Counted from the first letter of the stretch, positions 12,681 to 26,587 are shown. The stretch is DNA of 64,000 nucleotides from Octopus sinensis (GCF_006345805.1 NC_043018.1:2108001-2172000); one strand, 5' to 3'. The notes: a model not told the origin generated them from the sequence alone. A program made the numbers and translations.

Positions 12681-13859
12681 CACACACACACACATACGCG
12701 CGCGCATATATGTATAGAGCATTTAAAGTGTACAGATGTTGTAGATTACAAAAGAGGAGGCAGTCAGAATTTCGGATAATATTTTATTAGCGCTTTCCTT
12801 CTTATAAACCAGGTTTGGGGAAACCGCAGTTGCGTCCGCGTTCCCATTTGATTGTGCCCGCAGTCTGATATACTCGTGTGCACAAAATATAGTTAAGCTT
12901 TCCATTATAAAATTTAGAAAATACTCATATGCCTATTTGCGATATAGGTTGTGTTTCCCCTATGACTTAAAACGGTTAGACTCGAACACAGACCGTCAGG
13001 TAATTGCAAATTAAATGCAAATTTTCATTTCACTCTAAAACACATATTACTAGGTTTGTACGGCCCCTTTGAAACCCAGCTGCACTGGATAAAACTAATA
13101 TTATATTGCACGTATCGAAATCATTTTTATTTGAAACGAACGCTGAAAGATTGTAAAAGATATTGTGTAAAAATTACTCATATCCAAAAGCCGCAATTAT
13201 TTAAAATGTTCCACCCATTTCTTATTTTTACGTTTTTACGAAAATCAAAAAATATACAAAATCGAAACTCAACCTCTTTCTATCAATCGATAAGCAGAAT
13301 AGAATTTGTAATCTATTAAAAAAACAAAAACAAATTAGTAAAGCTTCATCGAAACAGAAACTCTTAATTTAGTGCTTTGTGCACAATATTATATATATAA
13401 AAAAAATTATTTCTAATTTTTTCTAAAATATCAGCGAAAAAAAAAATTGGTTTCGAAAGGAGTGTCGCATTTTTGCTATCAGTCGGTGTCAAGAATGTCA
13501 ACAGGAGCTACTTTTCATCTGTCATCGGTTTATCAGTTTTCGCCTCTCCCTACCCACCCGTGTGGACAAGGTGGAGAGGGAAAAATCAAGTTAACCTTGC
13601 AGAACCAAACGTTATCTTAAGTTTTTGTAGATTTTAACGTTTTACTGTTTTTACAACACTGAACGCACGCATTACGAATGCCAGTCAGTAGGCTTTTGTT
13701 ATTACCAGGTAGCGGCAGAAATAAGAATTCCGAAAGTGATAATATAAATTTGAACTGTTCATAACTTTGTTAACTTTGTTAAACCAAATTTTCGATACCT
13801 TTATCAAATTGGCAAGGGGTTATAAAAATCTTAAAAAATAAGTGCTGGTGAATGTGTTT

Positions 13860-15543
13860 TGTTCGATGAAAAATGGATTGAATTTTATTTTTTATTGTAA
13901 TAGATAACGAAGTGCATTTGTCTTATTTGCAACGAACAAATAGCCGTTCATAAAAAAATATAATATTGAGAGGCATTTTGTGAGTCAGCATAAGACCTAT
14001 GGAAATTTGAAAGAATCTGAACGTTTAGAGAAGATAGTCCCCTTGAAAGAAAATATTACCGAAAGTCCAGCTTTTTTTTAAAGGCCGATTCTTGAAAGTA
14101 AATAATTAAGTCGAGCGAGTTATGCTGTATGCGAAAATATTGCTAAAATCTCAAACCACGGAGCGATCGGGAATTCGTGAAAGAATGGGAATATATGCTC
14201 AGAATATCTTTGTTTGGAAATATTAGCTTATCGAGAAGAACTGTTTCTGATCGTATTAAAGATATTGCTGATGACATTCAACATTCTCTAGCTATTGATG
14301 AGACAACTAATCTGTCTAATACCGCTCAGATGGTAATATTTATACATGGAATAAATGCAAAATTCAAGTTTCGGGAAGAATTTCTTGCCTTGAAATCAGT
14401 GCATGGAACAGTTAGAGGTGAAGATTTATTTCAAATGGTCGACTCAGCCTTAAAGGATTTTGATTTACCTCATAAAAAAATGAATTGTCTTGCGCCCCAT
14501 CTATGGTGGGTCGTGAAAAAGGGCTCGTAGCTCTGATTAAGAATGAATTTAAGAAGCTTTCTTTTTATCCGGAAACTTTGTGTGCCACTTCTTTTTTGAT
14601 ATGGAAAGTTTGTGTGCAAAATCTCTCAAGATGAGGAATGTAATGAAAGTTGTAACTAAGGCTGTTAATTTGATAAAAAGCAAAGGGTTGAATAATAGGG
14701 AAATTAAAGAGGTTTTGAAAGATCTTGAGCCGATTATGTGGATTTATTGTATTATTGTGAAGTGAGACGGTTAAGTAAGGACCAACTACTTAAGCTATTT
14801 TATGAACTGAAGGAAGCGGGGAAAATGTTTATGGATATTAAAGGTATTCCTGTTGTAGAACTGGAAGAAAAGGTTTCAAATTGATTTAGCCTTTTTAGTA
14901 GATTTAATTAGTCATTTAAATAATTTGAACTTGAACCTGCCAGACTCCAATCAACAATAATAAGTTTGCTTTCTAATATAAAAAGCTCTGAATCGATGCT
15001 TCATTTATTTGCGATGCAACTGAAAGGAAAGTGTTTCACACATTTTCCTAAATCGAGCGAACAAAATCCCAAATCAACAAAAGAATACACTGACAAGTGT
15101 GAAAGTCTTTTGAAGAAATTTTAAAGACGATTTAAAGAAATTCCAACTACGTGTTTTTGAAACGCAATTTTGATATGTGTCCTGAGGAAGCTCCAGATTC
15201 CTTACAATTAGGATTAACTGATTTGCAGTCGGACTTAATAAAATCGAAATACAATATTCTGTCTTCATTGGACTTCTGCAAATCCATTAATCCCGAGAAA
15301 GTCCCTGCTTTACATAAAAATGCCTTGAAATTTGCATCTCAATTTTCGACAACTTATCAATGTGAGCAGTTTTTTTTCCAAGTTGAATTATACGAGGAAT
15401 CGTCTTCATGCCAGACTTACTGATGAAAACCTGAGTAATGAACTAAGAATATCAATTATATTCATGTTATATTCCTAAACTTTATATCATGTCATATTCC
15501 TAGACATTCAAGAAATAAAACGCAGTTTCATCCCACTCACTAA
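13860..15543 (+). pseudogene. hAT (Charlie/SPIN, GTF2IRD2-like) transposase, degenerate
   Basis: Across frameshifts: KCICLICNEQIAVHKK-YNIERHF (BED-like finger), SLSRRTVSDRIKDIADD, SLAIDETTNLSNTAQMVIFI, EEFLALKSVHGTVRGEDLF, MRNVMKVVTKAVNLIKSKGLNNRE, DLAFLVDLISHLNNLNL, FASQFSTTYQCEQFF, ending HPTH*. Confidence 0.85.
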
Positions 15544-15826
15544 AAAAAAAATTAAATATAAGGTTAGTCAACTTTGATAAAATTATCGCTAGGATAAATT
15601 TGTTAAAATATGTCATTAACATATAATATTATTTCGGTACTAATGTAATTTTTCGAAATTAAATTTGGTCTCTGCTTGATTGTTATGATTTCTCCAACAT
15701 TAGGGTAGGTGCATTTTGAAAAACATAAGAACACCTCATAAGTAATATAAACGTCCCAAATTCAGTGGTGACGTTAATAAAGATGTTACGCGTTAATTTA
15801 ATGTGATAGTCATATCCTTATTGATG

Positions 15827-17016
15827 TATTAGGTTGTTTCAAATGAAGTGTCGCATTTTTAATTACTTGTTATTTCAATGATTTAAAAAGTCAATTATGT
15901 ATACTTTGCATTTAATCTTGACTATTTTTCTTTCCCGAAAATATCGGTATATAAAATTCGTACCCACAGACCTTATGGAAATGACAACAACCAAACTTTG
16001 TTGAGTGATTTTCTCGTATGAGTACAAACTGGGTCATTCTTTCGCAGAAGCTCTACGAATATTAAGCAGGCCTTTAGTAATGGTTTTGTTGACATCAGAT
16101 CTGTTCAGAGATGGTTTTAAAGTTCTCGTTCAGGAGATGATAGTCTTGAAAATAAACCAAGGAGTAGGCCAAAATCAGTTATTCTGCATGATGGATTAAA
16201 TGCTTTGGTTGAACAAAATCCGAGGACGAAGGTTCGAAAACATTCATCAGAACTCCAAACATCTCGCACAACTGTTTTTGGACACCTGTAAAAAACTGGA
16301 AAAGTCAAGAAAACGGATAGGTTTGTTCCACATCAAATGAACAGACACCTCGAAGTGTGCTTCTCAATGCTTTCTAGATTTGTGATAAGAAATGGTTACT
16401 CTTTGACAACAGCAGATCAGGACAGTGATTAGATGCAGGAGAGTCACCTAAACACTACCCAAACTCACCATTGCACCCTAAGATGTTAGTAGTCACTGTA
16501 TGGTGGTCTGCGAAGGGAGTTATTCATTATTCATTTTTGCAACAAGGAAAGACGGTAACAGCAACATCGTATTGATGGGAAATTGATTATATGCATGAGA
16601 ATTTGATAAAGCAGCAACCCAGACTAGTTAATCGAGATGGCTGAATTCTGGTCCATGACAAAACACGTCCTCACACTGCTCAAGCAACGGCCCGAAAGTT
16701 GCAAAGCCTGAAATATGAGATTTTGCCACATCCTCCCTATTTCCTACTGATCGTCACTTATATAAGTATTTTGAGCTTTTCATAAGCAATAAAACATTCC
16801 TATATAGAGAAGAGGTAATTGAATCATTTGGACAGTTTATCACAGGAAAAAAAGATGATTCTTTAAAAATAATGGAATATATGACAGAGAAACGATGGGT
16901 AAACTTCATAAATGAACATGGATGATACTTTGATTAAATAAATCAGTTCTCTAACACTTCTGAAACATTTTATTGTTACCATTCAGATACAACATTTCCT
17001 GTGAAACAAACTAATA
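15827..17016 (+). mobile_element. Full-length (~1190 bp) mariner element, transposase inactivated
   Basis: TIRs tattaggttgtttcaaatgaagtgtcg / caacatttcctgtgaaacaaactaata with TA ends. Mariner motifs IFSYEYKLG, LHPKMLVVTVWW, HD(K/N)xRPH and LPHPPY occur across stops and frameshifts. Confidence 0.85.
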
Positions 17017-17307
17017 TGTCGAATTAAATATAGATGTATACAAAATTTACATAGTTATAAGAGTTAGAACTTGTGATCCAGTGATGGATGTCTTTCTTTA
17101 GAAAATTTTGCCTACAGCACGACAAAGTTTCCCCACGCCTGGTTTAACCGAACTCTTCGAGAAAACAAATCAGGATCAGAAACTTTCTGTTTTATTATCT
17201 TGAATTTTCTTCGTTAAACGAATGAAAGCAGTAATAAAAAATTATCCAAAATTCTGACTGCCTAATTATACTATATATATATACATATATGTATATATAT
17301 ATATCAA

Positions 17308-17344
<37 letters not shown>

Positions 17345-18961
17345 TGTGTGTGTTTGCATGTACGTGTATTTATATATATGCAAGAGTGTGAGTGTATTTC
17401 TGAGTAATTCAAAGATTCAAACTTATTCAACATTAATTCCACTTCCATGAGAATTACATTTGGGATTCTACAATCTATAACCTTACTGAAATAAACTCAA
17501 AATAATTTGTTCTTCTTACAAATTGATCCAGTGTGTCAGGTTAGCAGGCATAGCAAATCCTGTTTGAAAATCGTAACCTATCCACAGCCGCATACATTTC
17601 AATTATGCGGAGGCACGAAACCCATCTTGACCAACTTTTGCAAATACTTATTAACCAGTATTCCCCTGAAATCAATATCGTGTAATCAAGTGTACTTCAG
17701 TTGCAGATAAATGCTCTTCAATCTAATTCCAACACACTTCTCTACATCTTTCTCGTGAATTTTATGGCTAATAGAAATGTTTGTTTCTGGTTTTCGTGGC
17801 TCTTGCAAACCTGTGTTCTATGCAACAACGAGTCAATATATCGTTGAAAGAGCCGTATGACATCGATGGATGTATTTTTGATTTACTTTTGATTCCACAA
17901 TTGTGATTTTATGGACTATTTTAATTCAGAAACAAATTTTAAAACAGAAACAAATCGGAACTTTATACAGGAGGGAAAAATATATGCGCTGTCTGCACTA
18001 ACGATCCGAACTCACACCACCGTGTTGATTTGAAGCTTCTTTAATTGAAAATCTATCAAGGAAACGTATGGGATCGTAGTCTTTCTACCACAATCAAGGT
18101 GCCAAGTATGCCTCGGTGAAAACTGACCAATGGCATTCTTAAGGGCAAAAACTGCCTTCTTTCCATTGGAACGTATTTGTTGATAACATCCTGTGATACG
18201 GATTCAAGTATTTGAGGTTACAAAAATGAACGTTTCCTATTATCAGTCAATATTGACACATTATTGATCTGAGCTAAGCAAACAATCTTTACACGTTTAC
18301 AATACGATACAATCAATAGCACGAGGCTATTGTAGGGAGTCAGTCGGACAGAACGTGAACAAGTCTCGGCAGATATCTCTCAGAAATCATTTTAGAAAAA
18401 CAGTGATGTCTCTGATCTCTACAACTCACAAATCGACAGCTTTCATCAACGGCTTTAGCTTCTCATCAGACGATTAGGGTAACAGGTTCCTATACTCAAC
18501 ATCTGTGCAGAAACGCGACTCAGCATTTTTAGAACTACGCGCCGTCCCTACAGTCAAGCTCTACTATTCATGTACGGACTGTTATTCGTGTGCTTAACAA
18601 AAGCTTGTTTCGATTTACGCAGTACACAGCACCGGCCGTTGATATGATGACTTAACTAAAACTTACCTAGAACTACGCAGAAAGCTATTCAAATCAGACT
18701 TGAAGCCCTCCAGTTATTTGAGTTACCAATGTAAAAGTGCTAAAGACTCGCTCTTGTTATATCAAAACATAGAGGCTTTATTACTCACAAGACAGTCGCA
18801 GCAGCATCAGAATCAACCATAGATTATATGTCTTCCGCTTCTAGAGATGGCCTTAACAACCTTCGAAGACTGTATGCGTAGTGTAGGGACGAATGCATAA
18901 CTGTTACCGCCACTGGATTTCGAAGGTAACGCATTTGGTGCCGCTGCAACGTCATTTATGC

Positions 18962-19335
18962 ATTCAAGCTTTGGTGTTGGAGAAGACTACTATGGATTCC
19001 ATGGACAGTGAGGCTCACCAATGGAGAAGTTCTTAAGCAGATAAGGCCGAAAATGTCGCTAGAAGCTAGGATCACCAAGTATAGATTGGCATAATTCGGT
19101 CATATTACACGGAGAAAGTCCCTGGAGAAGAACATCATGCTCGGAATGGTCAGTGGCAAGAGAGGAAGAGGCTGACCAAGAACCCTCTGGCTTGATACCA
19201 TCAAGAGTGATACCGGAATGGACATAGCCAATCTGAAAGAAGCGGCCCAGGATAGAACTGACTGGAGGACACTGATCCATCGAGTGACTGAGAGTCGACT
19301 TCGACTGAGCAGGTAGAGAGAGAGAGAGAGAGAGA
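18962..19335 (+). mobile_element. RTE-clade (BovB-like) LINE 3' fragment, copy 1
   Basis: WCWRRLLWIPW...QIRPKMSLEARITKYRLA*FGHITRRKSLEKNIMLGMVSGKRGRG*PRTLWLDTIKSDTGMDIANLKEAAQDRTDWRTLIHRVTESRLRL, followed by a (GA)n tail. This matches the known C-terminus pattern of BovB/RTE reverse transcriptases. Confidence 0.85.
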
Positions 19336-19919
19336 ACAACGTCATTGAAGTTTCTGCATCGAGTAATGTTACAAACCATTACAGTTTTCAGAGCAAAACA
19401 TTTCACATCCTTTGCCCTGCGTTGTATCAACATGACCTGCGCATCCATCAAATATTTTTATTTACTCAGTCTCATACGAGATACACACTCAGCAGATTGA
19501 ATATCGAAAGCAGAAGTTTACATCTACCAGTTCTCGTAAAAATGTATATTTATTTTCTCTAATTTTAACCGCAGTGAAATTATTTAGGTAACCGAGTGTG
19601 ACATTGTAAATTAACTTGTTTTTTATGCTCATGTGTAGAAAACACGCTCTTATCAATGAGAACATTAAAAAAATGTTTTATTGCCGGTAAATTCAAATTT
19701 TCACACATAACCTTACGAACTAACACAAGCGCTGCAGTTTTATATTACTTTGAACTGTTGTAACACATACCTCATGAACCACTGTTTGCTTTGCTTTGAA
19801 GTGTTTTCGTATATTACTTTGAGCTGCTGTTTTACGTTTCTTCGGGTCGCTGCTTCTCTCATACTTTGAATAATTATAAAACCAATTAGACTGAACAAAT
19901 CCACGCTATATGTATATTT

Positions 19920-19933
19920 ACATGTATATATAT

Positions 19934-19989
<56 letters not shown>

Positions 19990-20131
19990 ATATATATATA
20001 TATAATGTATATATATATATGTATAATATATATATGTATATATATGTATATATTATATATGTATATATATATATGTATATATATATATTTATATGTATAT
20101 ATATATATATATATGTATATGTATATATATG

Positions 20132-20166
<35 letters not shown>

Positions 20167-20170
20167 TATG

Positions 20171-20205
<35 letters not shown>

Positions 20206-20330
20206 GTGTATATATATATATATACATATATATATGTATATATATGTATATATATATACATATATATATATGTATATATATGTATATATATATATATATA
20301 TACATAAATATACTCACACATAGATAATAT
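19920..20330. repeat. Degenerate (TA)n / (TATG)n microsatellite field
   Basis: Direct reading; similar fields lie at 10470-10720, 27085-27510, 35160-35600 and 63600-64000. Confidence 0.95.
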
Positions 20331-20969
20331 GTATAAATATACGTATTTATACATATATAGTAAAATACAGACGCATACATAAATATACATAAATATTATG
20401 AATACATACCCATGTATTGTATCTCCGTGATATCTCCATTTTACTATACAAATCGATAGATTGTTCATAGTATTGATTTTGATCTGGAAACCCCTAACAT
20501 CGCTGCAAAAAACACTCAGCGACTTTACTAGAGGTGTACGTTCACTTTGATTAACACTAAGCACTTCTATATTTAGATTATTTTCTCGACAACAAAAGCA
20601 TTAAAAAAACATACCTGATTAAACAAACTGAACATCATGCTTTACAATTTTTTAAATCTAAACTCTCGGAATCTTCAATCTTTTACTTCTAGTTTACTCG
20701 TAAGGAAGCGCCATAGAAGTTGACACTGATGGAGTCATACAAACTGCAAGAAATAGAAACCAGGTATCAAACGGTCTCTACGATTACACCATCTGATACA
20801 CTCTTTCTATAGAGGCGGTGAACTGGCAGAATCGTTAGATCACCAGACACAATGCTCAGCGGCCTTGCGTGTTAAATAATATATTTGTGAGTAGTAGTTT
20901 ATCTGCCACGCGCTAAATGCTAACAAGTAATAAGTTATACATCTTAGTTTCATACGAATGGACGATTTC

Positions 20970-21518
20970 TACGAGGGTATCATTCTGGTCGATTTCTTGT
21001 CAAAAAGAAAAGCATCAGACACTGAGGCCTACATTGAGACCCTGACGGGCACAGAGCAAGAATCCGACGGGTAAGACCCAACTTACCAATCGACAATGTC
21101 CTCTTTCTGCACGACAATGCTCGACCATACACAAGCTTCAGGACAAGGGAGACAATCGCCTCATTCGGGTGGACAACTTTACCGCATCCTCCATACTCAC
21201 CAGATTTAGCGCCTTCAAACTGTCATCTCTTCAGCCCACGAAAGAAGGTTTGAGAGACAAACATTATTCCAGTGACGAGGAAGTGAAAACTGTAGTGAAG
21301 AAGTGGCTTGAATAACAGTCAACAGAATTTTATGGGGCAGGGATACATGCTCTTATTCGAAGGTGGAACATTGCTATTGAGAGAAACGGTGACTATGTTG
21401 AGAAGTAGGGATGTGATCCACAGAGGACCAGCTTCGTTTTGATGTATGATACGTGTTCCTGTGTTGGTAATTATACCTGTCCTAAACAAAATGGCATTAC
21501 TTTTTGACTCACCCTCGT
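20970..21518 (+). mobile_element. Mariner 3' half with right TIR (internally deleted derivative)
   Basis: EGIILVDFL...LFLHDNARPYTS...TLPHPPYSPDLAPSNCHLF...WNIAIERNGDYVEK*. Right TIR ggcattactttttgactcaccctcgt at 21493-21518; the left end begins tacgagggt. Confidence 0.85.
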
Positions 21519-22567
21519 TTTTTAAAAATAGGAATAGTATATTGGTGTCACATTTTGGCGCAGGGCCAACAATTACAGGAGTGAGGGGAATTCGATTACA
21601 TCGACTTCTATACTCAACTGGTAATTATCTTATCAAGCCAGAATGAATGCAAAGCAAAGTCCACATCGGCCGAATTTGAAATCAGGACGTAAAAACAGAC
21701 GGAATTACGCTGAGCATTGTGTCTGGTGATCTAACAATTCAACCAGTTCACCGCCTCTATAGAAATAGTGTATCAGATGGTCTAATTGTAGACCCAAGAA
21801 GTCTGGTAAAAGAGACACGTGGCGATAACGCTTGGATATACTCATCTTCCTATGTCTGAATTATCGAGACCAGCGTGTGACTGAAGGAAAACATCACTCA
21901 TAGCCTTTTACAGGGCTTCCTACATTAGTCAAAGCTTTGAGTTCTCGCATCTGAGATACAGCCTGAGCTTATGCAACTGTCGGAATTCAACTGAAGGCAC
22001 CCGAAATTTCGTTTAGTGGTGTTGCACTGAGTAACTGATAAAGTATAACACTCAAGCATATCATGCCATCAACTGAACTCAGAACATTCAAAGCCACAAC
22101 CAATACCCCAAAGCAACTTGTCTAACGTCTTCAAAGAGGGATTTAGTAAACATTTAATCGACCCAGGAAGGATGAAAGTTGAAGCCAAATTCGGCTGGAT
22201 TTGATCTCAGAGTGCAATGGATCTGAACAAATACTGTATAGGATTATAATAAAAAGCACCAAAGATTTAGGAAATTTGTCGCTTCTACAACTTATGTGAC
22301 CAATAAAAGATACGTGTGTCCTTCCAGAGTGTCCAGTATCCGTAGGATATGTCAAGAAAGGAAAATATTGGAAGCCATGACGTAGCGTGCGAAGGGTTGC
22401 CTATAAAGAATCCAAGTAACTAGATTATCTAACCAATTCCTCCCCGATTGTTTAAAAAGCAGAACATAACAGTTACATAATACATACATCATAGGTGTAT
22501 ACATTCATATATATATATATATGTATATGTATATATAAATGTATATATAAATATGTATATATATATA

Positions 22568-22825
22568 TGTGTGTTCTCGAGCAAGGCACTTTATTTCACG
22601 TTGCTCCAGTTCACTCAGCTGTAGAAATGAGTTGCGACGTCACAGGTGCCAAGCTGTATCGACCTTTGTCTTTCCCTCGGATAACACTGGTGGCGTGGAG
22701 AGGGGAGGCTGGTATGCATGGGCGACTGCTGGTCTTCCATAAAAACAACCTTGCCCAGACTTGTGTCTAGGAGGGTAACATTCTAGGTGCAATCCCATGG
22801 TCATTCATGACCGAAGGGGCTCTTT
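22568..22825 (+). mobile_element. Family-C SINE (Meta/V-domain-like body), 5'-truncated
   Basis: gagcaaggcactttatttcacgttgctccagttcactcagctgtagaaatgag...; reverse complement of the copies at 47791-48103 and 62645-62978. Confidence 0.8.
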
Positions 22826-25264
22826 ACCCTTATATATAAATATATAAATACACACACACACGCATGTATGTATATATATACATAACTTCACAAAAAAACG
22901 AAGGATCAACTTATGAAATTCACTAGCTTAAAGTTGTTTCCGCTATAGATGGTGGTGACTCCTAATTGAATGTTTGAATCTCGAATATGAAATGCAGCAT
23001 ATTTGGGACAAGAATTGTATTTAATTAATGCAAACATTTCCCCAAATACACTGCACACACGTAGACGTGCACACATATATTCACACACATACAAACACGG
23101 ACGGACACATACAAACACACACAGACACAAACACAAACACAGACACACACACAGATATATTCCTTGTTCTGTATATGTCGAGTTTTCCGAAGATACAAAG
23201 CAGATGCTGTAAATAAATCTATTTATTTATTGTATAATACAAATCCATCCCAAACATACTACAAATGTAATTTATTATCGGAGCCATTATATGTTCACAA
23301 TGTCTAGCTTCCGTTTGTTGTACGAGTAAAATAAGATTAGAAAGATGGCGATAAAAGAGATTGTGAAATTTATCGTGCACTCTTAGGATTTGTGTCATAA
23401 GCACGTAACCAAAAAACAAATCTTTCACAAATCAGTGGAATGGCATTTCAAAATAATGTAACATGTTGTGTTTTTTTTTCATTTCTGAACTCATTAATAT
23501 GTACCACACAGCTGTTTGAACGAAGGATTGACAAATTAATAAAGATATGTAATCTTGTTTATAATATATGAATCAATCATAAGTTAGAGGCCTAAGGAAA
23601 GCATGATTTAATAGTTGAACAAAATGTGTTGATGGATATTTTTTCCTATTTGGTGGGAATGTTGGCTATACAAACGTGCATACATACAAGTACATATATA
23701 CATTATATATGTATCTATTTGTATATATGTATATACATTCATACTCACACACGTATGTATACACACACATATATATATGTGTATATGTATATATATATAT
23801 ATACACACACACATATATATATATATACATACATATGTATATATATATGTGTGTGTGTACGTGATTATGATTTATGCACGTCCACAAATTAGCACGAATT
23901 GTCGCTCAAATTTTAGGAGGACATTCGTCAATTACCTAACTGTGATTTATCAACATATTTTTTTCCCGCGGCACACGCGGATAGCGGTAGAAATCTATTT
24001 TCATCCATAGCTTCTACGAATTTTGAAGGTTGATAACATGAATTAAGTCCCTTCTAGCCATAGCCAAGCGAACGTGTATGTGTGAGGAAGAGAGAGAAAT
24101 TGTGTGTTGATGTATGTGTGTGTGTGTGTGTGTGAGGGAGAGAGAGTGTTTCACAACGTCTTATAAGAAAAGTAAAGAAAAAGTATGTGTAAGGAAAAGT
24201 GGGAGTTAGTTTGATAGCGTCTTACAAAAAAAAAGGTAAAAACAAAGTGAGAGAGTGAGAGGGAAAGTAAGTGACAACGTTCATAAAAAATAAAATGTAA
24301 AATGTTTTGTTTTTTCTTAAACACGAGATATATTGTTCAAATTTAGGTTGTTTTTGAAAGACACTATATTTCATAATCAGGGGATATATATTTCTCACGC
24401 AACAATTACAATATATTTATTTAAAATCATTTATTTATTTTAAATCGTTCATCTTTCTCCCCCTCTCTCTCACATACTCATTACTTTGGGTGCGAAAGAG
24501 TTTTGTTTTTATTTTACGCCGAGTAAAAAAGTGTTTTGTTGAGAATCCATTTATTTAACAACAAAGAAACAAAAAGGTAACAATTTAGCACAATATAAAT
24601 GGGTACACTTTCAAAGGCTTCCACCACACCTCACTCCGTTTTACGGACCACAAAAAGGGTTTTGTAGCATATTAGGATGCCAGAGTAGTTAATTCCACTT
24701 AAAAAAAACACGATTTTTTTTCTTAATGAAAATCGTGCGAGTGTTGATCTACAAATTTACCAAAATTTTTTTCCATTCATTTCTGTATATATTAGACTTT
24801 ACAAGACTTCAAAATACTTTATGACAGGTGTTGAAAGTGTCGTGCGTCCTTTTCAATACATACGTTGACTCTTCTACACGTGTTTTGGAATACATCTTGG
24901 AGAGTCTGATTCTTGGAGAGTCAGGATGAAAACAATACGCTGCGGAGAGACTTTTTGAAAACCCGGTATAAAATAATTATGAATGTATATACATATATAC
25001 AAATATATACATATATAATCAGAGAGAGAGAGTGAGAGAGAAAGAGAGAGAAAGAGAAGTGGGTGAGTAGAAATAGATAGATAGATACATAGTTACATAC
25101 ATACATATATTCATAGAGACAATTATGTCGCTATGAATTTAAAGCGTTCGCTTTATAAACACACCTCTGCAGGCTAAATGTCAGTGCGTGGTAAGCGTCT
25201 TCTACTGTAGGTCCAGGTCAAGTAATGTCATTGAAGTGACGGAAATTGTAGGAAGAATCCCGTT

Positions 25265-25296
<32 letters not shown>

Positions 25297-25576
25297 ACAT
25301 ACACACACACACATATGTGCGTGTGCATACAGATACGTATGCATATTTGTTGTTTGAGTTTGTGTTTGAGTTTGTTCCACTCCCTGCTTGATAAAAATAT
25401 ATTGCTTGTTTATGTCGATTTAACTTAGCGGTTAAACGGAGAAAACTGACAAAGTAAATAAAATAACGAACTGAAAATATAGTGAGACAATTTCTTGAAG
25501 TATAGCAAAATGCAGCCTCAGTATGACCGTACTCTAATGAATAAAGCCGTACTCTAATAAAGACGATATGGAATCA

Positions 25577-26060
25577 AAGGCGGCGAGTTGGCAGAAACGT
25601 TAGCACGCCGGGCGAAATGCGTAGCCGTATTTCGTCTGCGTTCATTCTGAGTTCAAATTCCGCCGAGGTCGACTTTGCCTTTCATTCTTTCGAGGTCGAT
25701 AAATTAAGTACCTATTTCTTTATTACCCACAAGGGGCTAAACACAGAAGGGACAAACAAGGACAGACATATGTATTAAGTCGATTACATCGACCCCAGTG
25801 CGTAACTGGTACTTAATTTATCAACCCCGAAAGGATGAAAGGCAAAGTCGACCTCGGCGGAATTCGAATTCACAACGTAACGCAGACGAAATACCGCTGA
25901 GTATTTCGCCCGGCGTGCTAACGTCTCTGCCAGCTCGCCGCCTTTAAGATTAAATAAGTACCAATTACGTACTGGGGTCGATGTAATCGATTTAATCCGT
26001 TTGTCTGTCCCTGTTTGTCCTCTCTGTGTTTAACTCCTTGTGGGCAGTAAAGAAAGAGGT
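25577..26060. mobile_element. Family-A SINE (+) interrupted by a second family-A SINE (-)
   Basis: Plus copy at 25577-25712 resumes at 25948-26060. The minus copy occupies 25713-25944, flanked by a ~15-bp duplication gataaattaagtacc / gattaaataagtacc. Confidence 0.85.
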
Positions 26061-26489
26061 ATGGAATCAATTGGCAGATTCAAACACAAACACAAACACA
26101 TTTATATTTATATATTGTTAACATTCTTCCCATATCTACGCTGTCCATGTCTCTCTGCAAACATCTGACAGTAAAACTAATTTTATTCCAATTTTACGAA
26201 CTCCGGATGGACTCTTTGGTATTTACATAACCAGGTACAAGAATACAGGGAAGCATCAAAGCAGGGTATAAAACCGTTGCTAAAAATGCAATGAACATAG
26301 AATACAAAATTAGCAACGTGTGCAGAGAATAATGAATTGACAAAATTAAATTTCCTGAACGGTGGAGGATGTAATTCAGTTTGTCACGAATCATTTATAC
26401 ATGTCGTTAATGGAATGGATTCTGGGAATGTAACCTCCGTTGTATAGCCTCCTGTGTGTATGTGTGTATGTATATATGTATATGTGCAT

Positions 26490-26587
<98 letters not shown>

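Larger units (their letters stand above)
12758..17263. repeat. Imperfect inverted repeats bracketing the hAT relic
   Basis: aggcagtcagaatttcggataattttttatta...aaaccaggtttggggaaac (12758-12824) is the reverse complement of gtttccccacgcctggttt...taataaaaaattatccaaaattctgactgcct (17127-17263), apart from a ~70-bp indel. Confidence 0.6.

Noticed and set aside
24938-24970. Orphan mariner-like TIR (gagactttttgaaaacccggtata)
   Set aside because: No partner TIR or transposase remnant could be identified with confidence.
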